This document shows, in pieces, positions 14,629-29,113 of a stretch of DNA of 64,000 nt. A model generated the notes under the pieces. The model ran no database searches. It saw only the letters and a program-made list of their open reading frames with translations, and was not told the DNA's origin. A program made the translations under genes and the position numbers. The DNA comes from Tubiluchus corallicola (lineage: Eukaryota; Animalia; Priapulida), in the NCBI GenBank assembly GCA_030141605.1, contig JAQGDQ010000956.1:1-64000 (forward strand), read 5' to 3'. How positions within the stretch are numbered: position 1 is the stretch's first letter; each line of letters starts with the position of its first letter.

Positions 14629-15225
14629 ATGTGTATCAGTTTAGTATAAAAAGTATTAAGGTGATATAATACGGAGCTGGCAATCTCAAAAAGTAAAAAA
14701 AATGTGAATTAGTTTCGGTTTTGTGCAAGGAAGCCTTCAGTTAGTAGTGAAAGAAAAAAGTTTTGTAAATTTGTACATAAATTAAACATATATGTAGACC
14801 TATATGTGTATGTATGTACGTATGGCATATATTTCTGCTTACGTACTTAAAACTTACTAGTGTGTGAGTGTTCCCAATACGTGTAAATAAAAATATCGAA
14901 AACCCGCGTGTGTACAAAACTGTTGTAATAGGGTCTATCGTGTCAATGAATTCCCAAGTTTTAAAATATTTTCTCTCGGTTTTTGCCTGGCTTGAACAGT
15001 TTGTAAGTTTGAGGAAGTTGTCGGTGCCTCTTTGAGAAAGACAATTACGTCTCGACGAACCTTCGCCAAGTTCACCTTGTACATTAGCATTTTTATGTGC
15101 AAAATATGAAAATGTAATGGCGGCGCTGCGCTACGTGTGACTGCAAGGAATTTAAAGGGCTCGTGAGTAAAGTCAGCTGAATTTTTAGTTGAAGTAAAAT
15201 TGCTAAAACTGCTAAACTTGGTTAA

Positions 15226-15527
15226 AGGAAAGCAGGATGATTTTTCATATACTACCCCATTTCAAGTACAGTAAAAAGTATATAGTTTAACACCAATAAT
15301 ACTGCAATAGCGCCTCTGATAATTAAATAATAGATTAAAATCTTAATAAACGGCGGGCGAGCCCAACTATTGATGACATCACAAACTAACATAATTTTCA
15401 AAAGCAAAAATATTCCACGAGCGTGTTGCACGTGTTTGCGAAAACGAAAATTGAGAGTACAGTGCTACTGTAAGACATTCTGTGTGTTGTACTAAAACTA
15501 GGCAAGTTTTACGACAAAAATTCAAAA
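15226..15527 (+). mobile_element. Kolobok-like TTAA MITE, truncated copy
   Basis: TTAA|AGGAAAGCAGGATGA... matches the left half of the ~610-bp family. It stops at a SINE fragment. Confidence 0.75.
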
Positions 15528-15616
15528 TTTTAAAGTCTTTCGTATGGCCCGAACGCGGTATTGAACTCATGCCCTCCCAGACGGAAAGCGGACGCGTTAC
15601 TACTAGACTGTACCGT
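15528..15616 (-). mobile_element. tRNA-derived SINE 5' fragment
   Basis: The reverse complement has A box AGTCTAGTAG, B box GAGTTCAATACC and AAAGACTTTAAAA. Same family as 16608-16857. Confidence 0.75.
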
Positions 15617-15659
15617 TTAAAACTTACAAAAGTCTTTTGTAAAAATACAAAAACTTAAG

Positions 15660-16328
15660 TCCTTAATGACTTTCGTGGAATATAAATCAAAAATTCAATT
15701 GCACATTCTCGAATGGAAAACGCATTAGCTATTAATAACTGGGATAAACGTATATAATTTTAAAGCATATATCTATATTACTGAAGCCAATTTTATTCAA
15801 ACACAAGAAGCCAAAGTGGAAAATTGTTAATATAAAAAAATTCTATCAGCTTTCTAGTCATACTTTAGTCCAGTTTCAAATCAACATGATCATTACACAA
15901 GATATTCATTCGGAAACTATGTACTCCCTCTTCCAAATACAAATATAACGAAACAGTCATCAAAATATAATGCTATTAAAATACGGTCATCAATTCCGCG
16001 TGAAATGAAAACTCTTAATCTTTATCAATTTAAAAAAACATCAAAAAATTACTTACTACAACGGTATAATTAACTCACAATTTTACTCATCCTGATCTTA
16101 AGTTACTAACAAAACTTATTTTGTGCTAATGCAAATTATAACGGATGAAAATGCTATGCAATGTTAATTGTCAATTGTTCCAACTTATCTGGAGGAGGAC
16201 TCGAAAGCTCAGTGCTCCTTCCTCCTCCTCACAGTAACTCGTTTAGTTTATAATTTTTTCTTTCAATGTAATAACAATTTGTATATATGTTTGTGTTGCT
16301 GTGGAATAAATTCATAATTCATTCATTC
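15660..16328 (+). mobile_element. Decayed 3' end of an L2/Crack-group LINE
   Basis: Frame 15861-16073 reads YFSPVSNQHDHYTRYSFGNYVLPLPNTNITKQSSKYNAIKIRSSIPREMKTLNLYQFKKTSKNYLL. This matches the H.Y.TR...KIWN.LP..IK...FK..LK..LL pattern of CR1-group ORF2 C-termini. It is followed by a 3'UTR, AATAAA and a short (ATTC)n tail. Confidence 0.75.
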
Positions 16329-16436
16329 GTCATCAATGCAACAAATCAAGATACAAGATATGTTATATATGTTAGGTTATGTAATAAGTTATATTATTGA
16401 AATATACTGCGAGAGTTAATGTCAAATGTTAATTTT

Positions 16437-16857
<421 letters not shown>

Positions 16858-17391
16858 GGACAGTATACCATTGTCTGCAGAATTTAACAAGAATTTTTTA
16901 TATTCTTATATAATGTTTAATTATGCATTATACATATAGTTGAATATATTATTTTAGTTGTGTTCTGAACTTTTGGATAAAATTTTGGTAAACCTATGTA
17001 TTCAGATATTCTGTATTTTGGGGGGTTGTCTAGGGAGGATCTTATTTATTATAATGAGGCGGTTGCTTAAATATTTAATAGAAACTTTCGCTGCCTTTAC
17101 GCTTCGGAGGACCATAAAGTCTAGCAAAGCTTTTAAAGCGCTGCACTATTTAGACGCATAAACCAATTTGTGACTGTTAATTATTAAAACGTAATTATAT
17201 TCATTGCGTTATTTTGCGCGCATAATAAAAATGGTGTTTTGTTTCCTGTTTTTGTTTTAATTCTGTTTTTTTAATTTTATTGCTACGTTTCCTGCGAAAT
17301 TATTAAACTGTGAAGTCATAAGTCATTTATATATAACAATTTATGTAAAACAATAGTACACCTGCAAAGTACAATTTTATTTGCTTTATAA

Positions 17392-17845
17392 TTGTAAATG
17401 CTTTTCTATATAGATGTGTAAATGCTTTTATATGTAGACGCGTAAATGCCTTTATATGTAGATATGTAAATGCTTTTCTATATAGATATTTAAATGCTTT
17501 TCTATATAGATGTGTAAATGGTTTTCTATATAGATGTGTAAATGCTTTTATATATAGATATGTAAATGCTTTTCTATATAGATGTGTAAATGTTTTTTTA
17601 AAATGTAGATGTGTAAGTGCTTTATATGTAGACGTGTAAATGCTTTTATATGTAGATATGTAAATGCTTTTCTATATAGATGTGTAAATGCTTTTATATG
17701 TAGATGTGTAAATGCTTTTCTATATAGATATGTAAATCCTTTTCTATATAGATGTATAAATGTTTTTTAAATGTAGATGTGTAAATACTTTTCTATATAG
17801 ATGTGTAAATGGTTTTATATGTAGATGTGTAAATGCTTTTATATA
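17392..17845. repeat. 22-24-bp minisatellite (tagatgtgtaaatgcttttctata), ~19 copies
   Basis: Directly visible tandem array. Confidence 0.9.
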
Positions 17846-18552
17846 CTTATGCAAGTGTTTTTCTACTTACATGTGTATCCTTTGAAGAAGAATGGACATT
17901 GAAAATGGGACGTCCAAGCATGAAGTGATCGCGACTTTAAAGTGATTTTACTAATTACATGAGACGCTTATTGCAGTTTTATTACTAAACCCTTCTAGCA
18001 TTTTTTGCGATCAAATAAGTCAAACTGCCCAGAAGGCTTGGTATTTCGGTTAATCACAACGGAAAATGCTCATATGTAGTACTACATGTGTTGTTGGAGT
18101 GTGAATCGCCACACAGTTTATTGCATTTCTCAGTCGTAATAATCGAAATTGATCATAAATTAAAAGCGTATAAGATCACAGAAAATTATATATGACCATT
18201 AAAATATCTTCTAGTAAAATAATGCTTAATAAATAGATAGTCTTAATGATTTACTGCAGAATGCTTGAAGCATTAAGACTGGTAGGGTCTTCCCATTTTT
18301 TGCCAAGTCGACAAGGCATTGCTGTATATTATATACAGTACATAGCTTGACTATACGTTAGTTGTCATGTAATAAAAATTTATGACTTCATGGTAGTGTA
18401 CTTTAAGTGTTTAGGTTTTAAACTTGACGCGCTTTGTAAAATTAACACAGGAACAAATTTACCGAAACCTTGTTTACCTGCTATATTAGCGAGGCTTTAG
18501 CTAATACTGCAATAAATCTGAGTTTTTTTAATTTCTGATTTCTGATACTTAA

Positions 18553-19162
18553 AGTAAAACCGGATCCAATCCTAAACTGTATTTCAGAACAATCTACTCT
18601 TTAAAATATTGAAAGGAAACATACTATTTTTTCATAAATGCCTTACGTGAAAGAATTATTACAACACAAACACAATTTCACGTTCGCGTCACTAGTTCTT
18701 CACTGTTACATGCATTTCGTCATTCGTTAGTTAGACGGGCACTAATGCCTGCATTTCGCAAACGCATTGCGCAAAAAACAGGTGCTGTATCTCTCAGTTC
18801 AGATGTGTTAGTGTGTGACAAACTGCGCACGTTCGACAGTTCATAAGTGAGCACAGCGGTGAATTGGAAATTTGAATTTTTATCTTAAAACTTGCCTAGT
18901 TTTTGTACAACATACTAAATCCTCTTACAGTTACACTGTACTTCAATTTTCTGTTTCGTAAACACGCTCAAGGAATATTTTTGCTGTTGAAAATTATATT
19001 AGTTTGTGACGTCATCAACAGTTGGACTGGCCTGCCATTGATTAAGATTTTAATCTATTACTTAATTATCAGAAATGCTTTTGCAGTATTATTGGCGTTA
19101 AAATGTATTCTTTTTCCGTACTTGAAAATGGGGTAGTATATGAAAAATCATCCTGTCTTCCT
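18553..19162 (-). mobile_element. Kolobok-like TTAA MITE, full-length (610 bp)
   Basis: TTAA|AGTAAAACCGGAT...ATCCTGTCTTCCT|TTAA: TTAA duplication, AG..CT termini and imperfect ~13-bp TIR. Six related copies occur in the window. Confidence 0.85.
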
Positions 19163-20134
19163 TTAAATGTCTTTACCCTGTTTTAAGTGCTTGTTGTCAT
19201 TATAGTATTAAAATACTAAGATGTTATAAAACAGCAGGTCATTGTCATTCTATATTGTGTCCTGTTTTTAGCCTCTTAAGAAAATATATTTTAGTATCTA
19301 ATAACTCTTACATGAAAAGAATTTTTGGTCTTACAATAAAACTTCTGCCAGAAAAGTAAAAAAAAAAAACAGAATTTATTCAGCAGTCCACAAGAAAAAG
19401 GAAAGACTATATTTGTAGTTGAATGCAAAACTTTATTGCACTACATAATTACTTTTATCCAAAATATTTAAAAATCAAATTTTACTAAAACCGCCTAAAG
19501 ATGACACCACTGCTGCACTTTATTTTTTCTTTCCTTGTCACTACGTTGCCAGAGCGAATCCATGTGGGTATATTACTATTACACAATTATATAATAACAT
19601 AATACTATGATTTTATAACATAATGCTATCCAATATAATATTCATCTGCCTCCCCAAATCTCACTGATGTGTTAGAAGCAGTTCAAAAACGCCCACTGAA
19701 AAATATTTTTCCCAATGAAAACTAAGTAGATTTTTCTAATTTTAGCTAATCTTCAATCTTTATTTAATCGCCACGAAAATTCGTGCAAAAAGTTATTCTC
19801 ATCAATTCGAAATCCTAATAACAAAATCCACACTCTATTGCCAGATGCCCAAACTCATAGATACAGCACTCGCCACTATTTGAAATGCCCCTTACCTGGA
19901 TACAGAACAGAGAGGAACAGAACAGAACAGAATAGATCTTACCTGGATTCAAGAACATGGCTCATTTAATTTCCAAACCAAAGTTATGACTCATTTTAAC
20001 TTATTTTGTTCGTGTATCTTGTAGCAGTGTTGTGGTGATTGTTGCTGTACGTTCTATCTTGCTTATTCTTCTATAAATTTTCATATTTTGTAATTTTATG
20101 CTGTACTGTTGTGTTTTGTTTCTCTCGGAAGGCT

Positions 20135-20477
20135 CGTAGAGAAAACCAGAAAACACTTCGACAAATTAAACTAGTTTATTAAGCGAGAATTCTACAACAC
20201 AAAAGTATGAAGGAACGTGAAATGATTACAGTAAACGTGAAAATCTGGAAAACGTTTAAGTGTATCTGAAAATACAAGTATACAAGAGAATGTGTAAGTG
20301 GTGTCCGTGTGAATCAGCGTGTGTCTCTGTCAGCGGCCTGCTTCGCCTTATATAGGGTGCCAGGGAACATTTTAGACGTTTCTTTCCAGAACATTCTACA
20401 AGGTAAGACGATTATTCTAACGGAGCATTCTACAATGTTCTATGTAGTTCTAATAGATGCCAGCGATCTCCACAACA
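20135..20477 (-). mobile_element. Probable solo LTR
   Basis: The minus strand starts TGTTGTGG, carries repeated AGAATG(T/C)T motifs, a TATA box CCCTATATAAGG and a downstream AATAAA in U3-R-U5 order. The left boundary and TSD are not clear. Confidence 0.5.
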
Positions 20478-21077
20478 GATTGTAATGATGATAAGTAAAC
20501 TTTATGCTATACTTATATAATTAAAAAAATCGTATGCAATTATGCAAGTTACATACATATCATTGTAAAATATCACCTATACAGCTTTGAAAAGCAGAGA
20601 TAAACAAATATGTAGTCTCTCCTGTGATCATAGAGCGGTGAGACTCTCTGTTCTATAGGTAAATAAATCAGTATGATGCTTTATAACTGGCGGGGCGGTG
20701 AAGTATATAGGCGTGTAAAATGGACCATAACATGTTTAAAGTTTATGCTACTGATGCCTGTATAATCGACATTATAAACCGTTTAAAGTCATATAATGAT
20801 ATGATACTCGCGCTGTGTACATACTGAGTCATTAAAAATAGGTTTAGGTTAAAAAGGGATTGTGCCCAATCAATTAAAGGAAAAGACAAGTCACTTTGGG
20901 TTTGTTTTACTGTTATCACTTAAATTTATAACAAAGAAATTTGCAAAAACCTGTCGGTAAAGTATAAAGATAATTTAGAAATTATAGAAATTCTCATACG
21001 TGGTGGTAGCCGCCATTTCCTTGAATATATGACTATCTATACGCCTGCCTTTTGCATAAATGCTACGCTAGAACGTT

Positions 21078-21465
<388 letters not shown>

Positions 21466-21873
21466 TGACAAGCAGGTAATGTCAAACCATTTACACACAC
21501 AGATCGAGAAAAAATGATGTCACCATTTTTCATCCTTTCGCACCAACTGGTAAATATCTCCGACTCAGCTTCCCAGCGTGCACCACTGGTTCACAAAAAA
21601 TACATTATATCGATATTGCTAACAATAAAAAGTGACACTTTTTGGCGCATGCTGGAGCAGTGAAACAGGGACATCTTACCATGTGGCACGAACATTTAAA
21701 TTATTAAGATTTCTTTATACTTACATCAGCCTTTCAAACAGGTAAGCGTAGTGCAAAGTAATACAACTCTGTATTGAAAATTTTTTGAGACGTACTTTAA
21801 AATTGTATTTTGTTTCACTATAATTAAGTTGTGTAAACTCTATACTCGGAACTGTGTCGCTACACACGCTTAA

Positions 21874-22294
21874 AGGAAGACAGGATGATCCCCATTTTCA
21901 AGTCCCATAAAAAGTATGCATTTTAACGCAATTAATACTGGAAGAGCGTTTCTGATAATTAAACAATAGATTAAAATCATAGTTAACATAATCATAGTTA
22001 AAATCTGTGCTCACGCAGGAGCTGTCGAACGTGTGTAGTTCGTCACAAGCCAGCACATCTGAACTGAGAGGTACAGCACCTGTTTTTTGTGCAATGCACT
22101 TCCCAAATTTAGGCGCTAGTGAATGGCGAAGCGCATGTAACAGCGAAGAACTAGTGGCGCAAACGCGAAATTGCGTTTGTGTGGTAATAAATCTTTCACG
22201 TAAGTCATTTTTGAAAAAAAATAGTATGTTTTTTTCGGTGTTTTGAGGAGCAGATTGTTCTGGCCTGCAGTTTAAGATTGGGCCAGATTTTGCT
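21874..22294 (+). mobile_element. Kolobok-like TTAA MITE, internally deleted copy (421 bp)
   Basis: TTAA|AGGAAGACAGGAT...GCCAGATTTTGCT|TTAA. Confidence 0.85.
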
Positions 22295-22581
22295 TTAAAC
22301 GGCGGCGCTATGTACGTGTTTTGATTAATTCTCTGTCTTTCGTCTGTGACTGAAAAGCCAAATAAACCCCGAAGAGACAACAAATGCCATACCCTTCTCT
22401 GAGCATTTTACGATTATTTGTAATGTGACTACGTACTTTAGGAATTGACGAATTCAACTTGGGTTTATGAGGTACTTATCACACTAGCGATGCTTTTATA
22501 CACTTTGGTCAAATTGTGCGCGAAGACGTGCCAAGGTAAACGAATTCTAGCCTGTAGAAAACAAACAGAACATCTAAGCTG

Positions 22582-22868
22582 AGCTGGGGGTGGTAAAGCT
22601 TTCTTTTAAGCAATTAAGAAAAATTGGGAGACTCTTAAGCTGAAAAATTGGATTTTTGCTGGGAAGTTTATATTTTCATCTTTGGATATGAGAGATATAA
22701 TTAGTGACGGAAGCATAAATAATCACGAATTCCCATAAGCTGGGGGTGGTAAAGCTTTCTTTTAAGCAATTAAGAAAAATTGGGAGACTTTTAAGCTGAA
22801 AAATTGGATTTTTGCTAGGAAGTTTGCATTTTCGTCTTTGGATATGAGAGATATAATTAGTGAAGGAA
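22582..22868. repeat. 156-bp tandem duplication
   Basis: agctgggggtggtaaagctttc... at 22582 and 22738. Confidence 0.9.
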
Positions 22869-23723
22869 TCATTTATGAATGTGAAATTTTCGTAAATATT
22901 GTAAAGGAACAATCGTTTAAATTCACAAATAATTCCATAAATAATGTTGCAAATATTAGTCCGCATAAATATTTCGCCTTCTTGTCTTTGGGCAAAACAT
23001 TATTGTAAGGTTTAATTGCAAAGTGTCCTAAAGTGAATGAAAATTATGTGAATTGTCATACTGTAAATAAAGAACGGAAGGTAATTTGATACTTTAACAG
23101 GGGAGAAGCGCTGAAGGTTCGAAGTTCCTAAATTACCCTCTCTTTCATAACAAAATCCGAAAAAGTTTGAGTAAAAAGAGAAACATAATTATATGCAGAA
23201 TACCGTACTTACTTGTGCTTTAAATTTTAAAAAAGGAGAAACAGTTATTTGAAATGATAACATATATATTTTACGATATTTACAAACACAAACAACGTTA
23301 ATAACAGTACAACGAACGAACAATAATAATTAACGTGAGCATAAACTTTGTTCAAAACTAATTTATTACTAAACCGTCTAACGAGGATATTGTTCTGTGT
23401 TCTCTAAGACACGGTATCTACACATTACCAATGATTTAGTTTGGCAGAAGCTTTTATGACATTCGATATTCATGATATCTAAAAATAGGTTTAAGTTTAA
23501 GATCACGTATGCAAGGTCAAAACTACCCATGAACGCGGCTTCGGCAAGTGTTTGAAATCGCTAATGTTTCACACTTGCCACAGTCCGTGACACATTCTTT
23601 GTTTTTCATAACCTTTGACCTTCATCCAATTCAAAAGTTTAACGAAATAAACAATGTTATGACGTGTTTTTGTTAAAATCTTTCTTACAAAGAGAGGGAT
23701 TGTAAATAACTTTTCAAATAAAG

Positions 23724-23726
<3 letters not shown>

Positions 23727-23768
<42 letters not shown>

Positions 23769-23824
23769 TATTATTATTATTATTGCTATTGCTATTATTA
23801 TTATTATTATCATTATTATTGTTA

Positions 23825-23914
<90 letters not shown>
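23727..23914. repeat. (ATT)n microsatellite, possibly a retroposon tail
   Basis: Follows AAATAAAGAT, like the SINE tail at 16608. Confidence 0.9.
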
Positions 23915-23917
<3 letters not shown>

Positions 23918-26045
23918 TCGTCTAAAAATTTTAGCGGTGTCTTCGAAATAGCAGAACAATAGATTAGATTAGATTAGACTAAACTTTATTGATTAACATT
24001 TATTAATTCGAAGAAAACTTTGTTTAGCTTCAGACAGTTTAGTGACTTTACATTACTGGAACAGACAGAGAAAAATGATTCAATTCAATACTATATAATA
24101 AATTAATTTACAAAGTAGTTAATACTTCAAAAAAAACTAAATTAAAACCTAAACTAAATTGTTTATTTCATATTCAGGCTACATATGCAATTCAGTAAAC
24201 GTACAAAAGCAACCCTAAATCAGGGAATCTGAAAAAGTTTTGCCTCTCCACTGGGAATCGAACCCACAGCCTTCAGCAAACAATGTTAAAGACACACGTA
24301 TTTAACAGACACTTCAATATGGTTTCTATCATCAGCCTGTATGTTTCTGCACCTGGATAATTATTTTCACTTTTTTCCAATTAGTTACCATGTTTATTTG
24401 TGTAAGATTACATTTTCGTCACCTGACGTCTGGCTGTACGGATGCTGCAATTTTTCATCATCCCCATCACTCGATGATGATGACATAACAGTTACTGCTT
24501 CTCAGTAAATTAAGCACCTGTCTGATGGTAGAGGCAAAATTGCACATGAGGGAATCGTGGTTGAGGCGCGCTATTGTTTTGACATAATTATGATGAGATG
24601 TTTTATTCTCATTTTCACACGGCAGCTGCCCACTACTGAAGGCCAAGTGGCGGTGGGGTGGTGTGGGGTGGTGTGGGGGTTGTGTTATTTAGCTTATGTG
24701 TGTCTTGTTTGGAATTTGTTTGTTATTTTGCTGTCTCTGAAGTGTGTTTATTAGACAATGTGGTGGAAATTATGTTTAGATTTTTAAACTTGATAAATTT
24801 TAGACTAAGCAATAATTTATTTTAGCAGTAAGGTGTTCACAGGTTATGTTTCCGTGCAAATTATTGACTTTAGATAAATGTTGTCTTTTCTTATAATCCG
24901 TAATGGTTTATGAATATGTTTTTGCTGATAAGCAGTTTCTAGTTAAACACTGCTGTATGTTTTAATTGGTTTTAAACTGTGATGTTATTATGCGTATTGG
25001 TTACTGTGTCACAAATTACGTTTTTTATGTGTTTTTGTATCATTTGAATTTGTATTATGTAATTTGTATGTATTGTTTAATGTTTGACATCCGTTTGTTA
25101 TGCGTGGATTAGTCTTACATTGAAATATTTGTATTTGATGTCTCTTTTATTCGTATTTTGTTTTTAACACTATAGCAAGTAGCTATTTTTAGCTGGTTAT
25201 AAGTCATTATTTTACTTGTATATACGATACTTGTGTATGTATAACAATAGAAATAAAGAATTTTACGTGTATATATGTATATTATATTATAATATACTAT
25301 ATAATATATACTGTATGTATTATATATAGTATATAACACAGTATATATTATATGTACTGAAGTACACTGAAGAAAATGTACTGGCACCTTTTTTAATTCT
25401 ACAGTTTGAAAATTTCCTTCCGATGTTAGAAACCCAAGCTGACAGTTTGCAGGGCGTGGTGCTAAAATGATGAACTCTTTGTTTGGCTTCAGTTATTTTG
25501 CTTAGTACTTGTACTGGCTTCCTTGTCGTAATGTATTGTTGCACGTATTTTGCTGAATCTGGTTTCAGCGTGTCTGAGTCATTTTTTTCTTCCTCTTTTT
25601 TTCACCATCCTGTTTTCCTTGAACCCTCGGATGCTGTAACTTTGTAGTTTTCGTCAAAATCGACCAATTGCCCTTCACTTTCGCATCAGGCAACATTGTA
25701 ACACGGAATGATTAAACGTAGGAAAAATTAGTTTATAGCAAATTCGTGATTTTTGTTTTTAGGAGATTTAATACGCGGTTGCCATGGAAACATGCTAATG
25801 CTGTGATTGGGATGCGATGTTAGGGAGATTCTAATTAGGAAAAATGTTCGAATCTAATATCTTCGTCGAGATTTATTCATGAATATCATTAATACGCATT
25901 TAAATATGCATGAGAGATTCATGTGTTTCAGTTACGAGCTTTTTGAGCTGAGTGACTTTATGTCGGTGGTGGAAAAATCAGTAAATCTTTTTCTTGGATA
26001 TCATAATAATATCATAGGTCAGGGTGTTAACTGATGGAGAAGTGG

Positions 26046-26047
<2 letters not shown>

Positions 26048-26102
<55 letters not shown>

Positions 26103-26965
26103 GTTATTATTATTATTATTATTATGATTTTTATTATTAATATTATTATTAATATTATTATTATTATTATCATTATAATAATTCTTTATTTTTAAAAACT
26201 ATGTACAGAATACATTCCCTCTATTTGTGGGATATGTTTAAAATTTCTAAAAGCATTTACAACGTATTAAACCTATTCACATATATATATAATTTAGAAT
26301 CCAACGCATGAGACACATTGAACGACAACGATCATATACAATAGACATAATTACAAATTATAATCCAACACTACATACATACATAATAAAAGATAACGAA
26401 CATATTTTAATACTTAGTAACAAAAATTTACACGCATTATACGCAATGAAAAACAGCGAGTACAATTATAATAAACATAATTACCAAATTTTATTGCAAA
26501 TTCACATAATCATAAATAAAAACAAAACAGCTTATAGAAAACACGACGAGAGTTGTAAAATTTCATCACCAACAGACTGTTTATATACGGGCGAAAGACG
26601 ATAGGAATTCATCCGAGATAAGATTTGCAAAAGCATTTATAGCATTATTATCTCGGCTAGAGATAACATAGTCCGAATCTAACGTAGGCAAAGTGCTAAT
26701 AAAATCATTGGCTTGGTTTTTTAATGTACATTCAAATAATAAATGATGTACAGACTGAGGGCTTAATAAGCAGTTACATGTGCTATTAGGAGCCTGCCCA
26801 ATTCTGTACAAAAATTCCTTAAAATTTCCCTGTATAAGTAATAATTTTAAGGAATTTAAGAAGTGGTAAAAGTTTGCGGTTTTTAAAGTTGTTGCAATAT
26901 CTAGCCCTATAAACATTTTTTTACTTAAACTGGAAAAGGGCAATTTTAAAATATGTTCCACCCTA
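26048..26965 (-). mobile_element. 3' fragment of a non-LTR retrotransposon (R1/I-group-like CCHC zinc knuckle) with (TAA)n tail
   Basis: Minus ORF 26581-26961 contains QGNFKEFLYRIGQAPNSTCNCLLSPQSVHHLLFEC, the C-terminal G.F..YL.R.....S..C.C....Q...HLL..C motif. It is followed by an AT-rich 3'UTR, AATAAA and a (TAA)n tract. Confidence 0.8.
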
Positions 26966-27190
26966 AAAACTTTTCATACACAGTTATATTACATTGCATT
27001 ACGTTTACTAATTTCAAAGAGTTATTGTGAATGCGCCCAGTCTAGGCAAAAATCAGCATTGAACTGTGGGATAGATCTGCAATTTATTAAAATAACAGAT
27101 CACAAAGAGTGCTTTAAAACGTACTAATGTTTGATCTCTTGTTGTAGTTTACTAATGTAGATATCTTGTGGTATTTTGATCATGAAAACC

Positions 27191-27356
27191 ATGTATCATC
27201 GCTGTAAAAAAGGTACAGAAATAGAAAAATATCAGCAACATTCAAGAAACAATACTTTCTCTATATAGAATAGACACAATGCATACAGCATTGTTTCTTG
27301 TAAAGTACCGAGATTGTTTTTATTTTTTGTACTTTTTTTACAATAATCATACATCG
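27191..27356. repeat. Imperfect ~65-bp inverted repeat (hairpin MITE-like)
   Basis: atgtatcatcgctgtaaaaaaggtacagaaat...caagaaacaat versus attgtttcttg...ttttgtactttttttacaataatcatacat. Confidence 0.7.
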
Positions 27357-27545
27357 TAACATCAGCTTATGATGTTTGCCCAACGATGCTAAAACCTTTT
27401 ACTAATTGATTGTACGTGTAATTGTACATTGAATTGTAAGCTGAATTATTTAAACTTTTGAATTAAACACCAGTTATCGAGCAATCATACTTTTGTGTAA
27501 CTAATAGGACGATGTACATTGATAATTGTTTCTGGTATCGCTTCT

Positions 27546-28225
<680 letters not shown>

Positions 28226-28277
28226 AGGTTTACATAATTCAAAACCTTTTTTTACAAATCCTAATTTTCTATTCCAG

Positions 28278-28564
28278 GCTACAATCCTCTGGAATGGACC
28301 AGTAACGTCTCCGTGCGTAAAAAGCGCAAACCTTATACGAAATACCAAACATTGGAACTGGAGAAGGAATTCCTTTTTAACGCGTACGTATCCAAACAGA
28401 AGCGGTGGGAGTTAGCTCGTAGCCTGAACCTAACCGAACGACAGGTTAAAATCTGGTTCCAGAATCGGCGGATGAAGAGCAAGAAGACGAATCAGAAAGA
28501 GGCGGAGAAGCAGCGTCAGCAACAACCTCAGTCACAGCATACCGGACAGGCAGCAAAAGTATAG
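28278..28564 (+). CDS. Abd-B: Abdominal-B-type posterior Hox gene, homeobox exon (homeodomain 28313-28492)
   Basis: Acceptor ctaattttctattccAG at 28276-28277. Translation: (G)[69 protein letters not shown]...[25 protein letters not shown] and the upstream LEWT motif are diagnostic of ecdysozoan Abd-B. Confidence 0.97.
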
Positions 28565-28653
28565 CAAAAGATTAAACTGTACAGTAACGTATTACTTGCT
28601 CTCTGCTTAATGTGTGAGATTGAGGGTTTTAGACAAGAATGAGTTTGGACTGT

Positions 28654-29113
28654 AGTGGCGGCTCGTAGCTAAAATTACTTGGGATGCTGCTTAAGAAAAT
28701 TTAAACTGTGTAAAACGAAACAAATATAATTTTAAAATTGTAGTTTTAAATAAGTATTCGAAAGTTTATAAAAAAACTTGATAAAATTGTAAACAAAAAA
28801 TACTTTTTGCTTAGTAATGGCATAAATTGTCACAGTTTAAGCTTGATCCATTCACGGTAAGCACGTGACAACTGACAATAAACTGTGTGAGTGACAGTGC
28901 TTTTTCTACATAGGCCAGACATGAGCGCATGCACACAACAGCCAAACACCGCGTTGCTGGAGCGCACTGTGCTGGGCTGTGAAGCAAACAGTACTACCCT
29001 CGCGTGCTCTGGTTCCATACAAGTATAAAGAAAGAATTAAAGAAAAAAGACTTGTTATATTGAACATTATCAATAATATCGAGTGAAAACGAGCAGTTCC
29101 ACGAGCCGCCACT
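28654..29113. mobile_element. 460-bp MITE with perfect 13-bp TIR and 3-bp flanking repeat (PIF/Harbinger-like), just after the Abd-B stop
   Basis: TGT|AGTGGCGGCTCGT ... ACGAGCCGCCACT|TGT. Confidence 0.75.

Noticed and set aside
19891-19948. CTTACCTGG resembling the U1 snRNA 5' end
   Set aside because: No further U1 similarity. It is an 11-bp direct repeat around a short (AGAAC)n insert.
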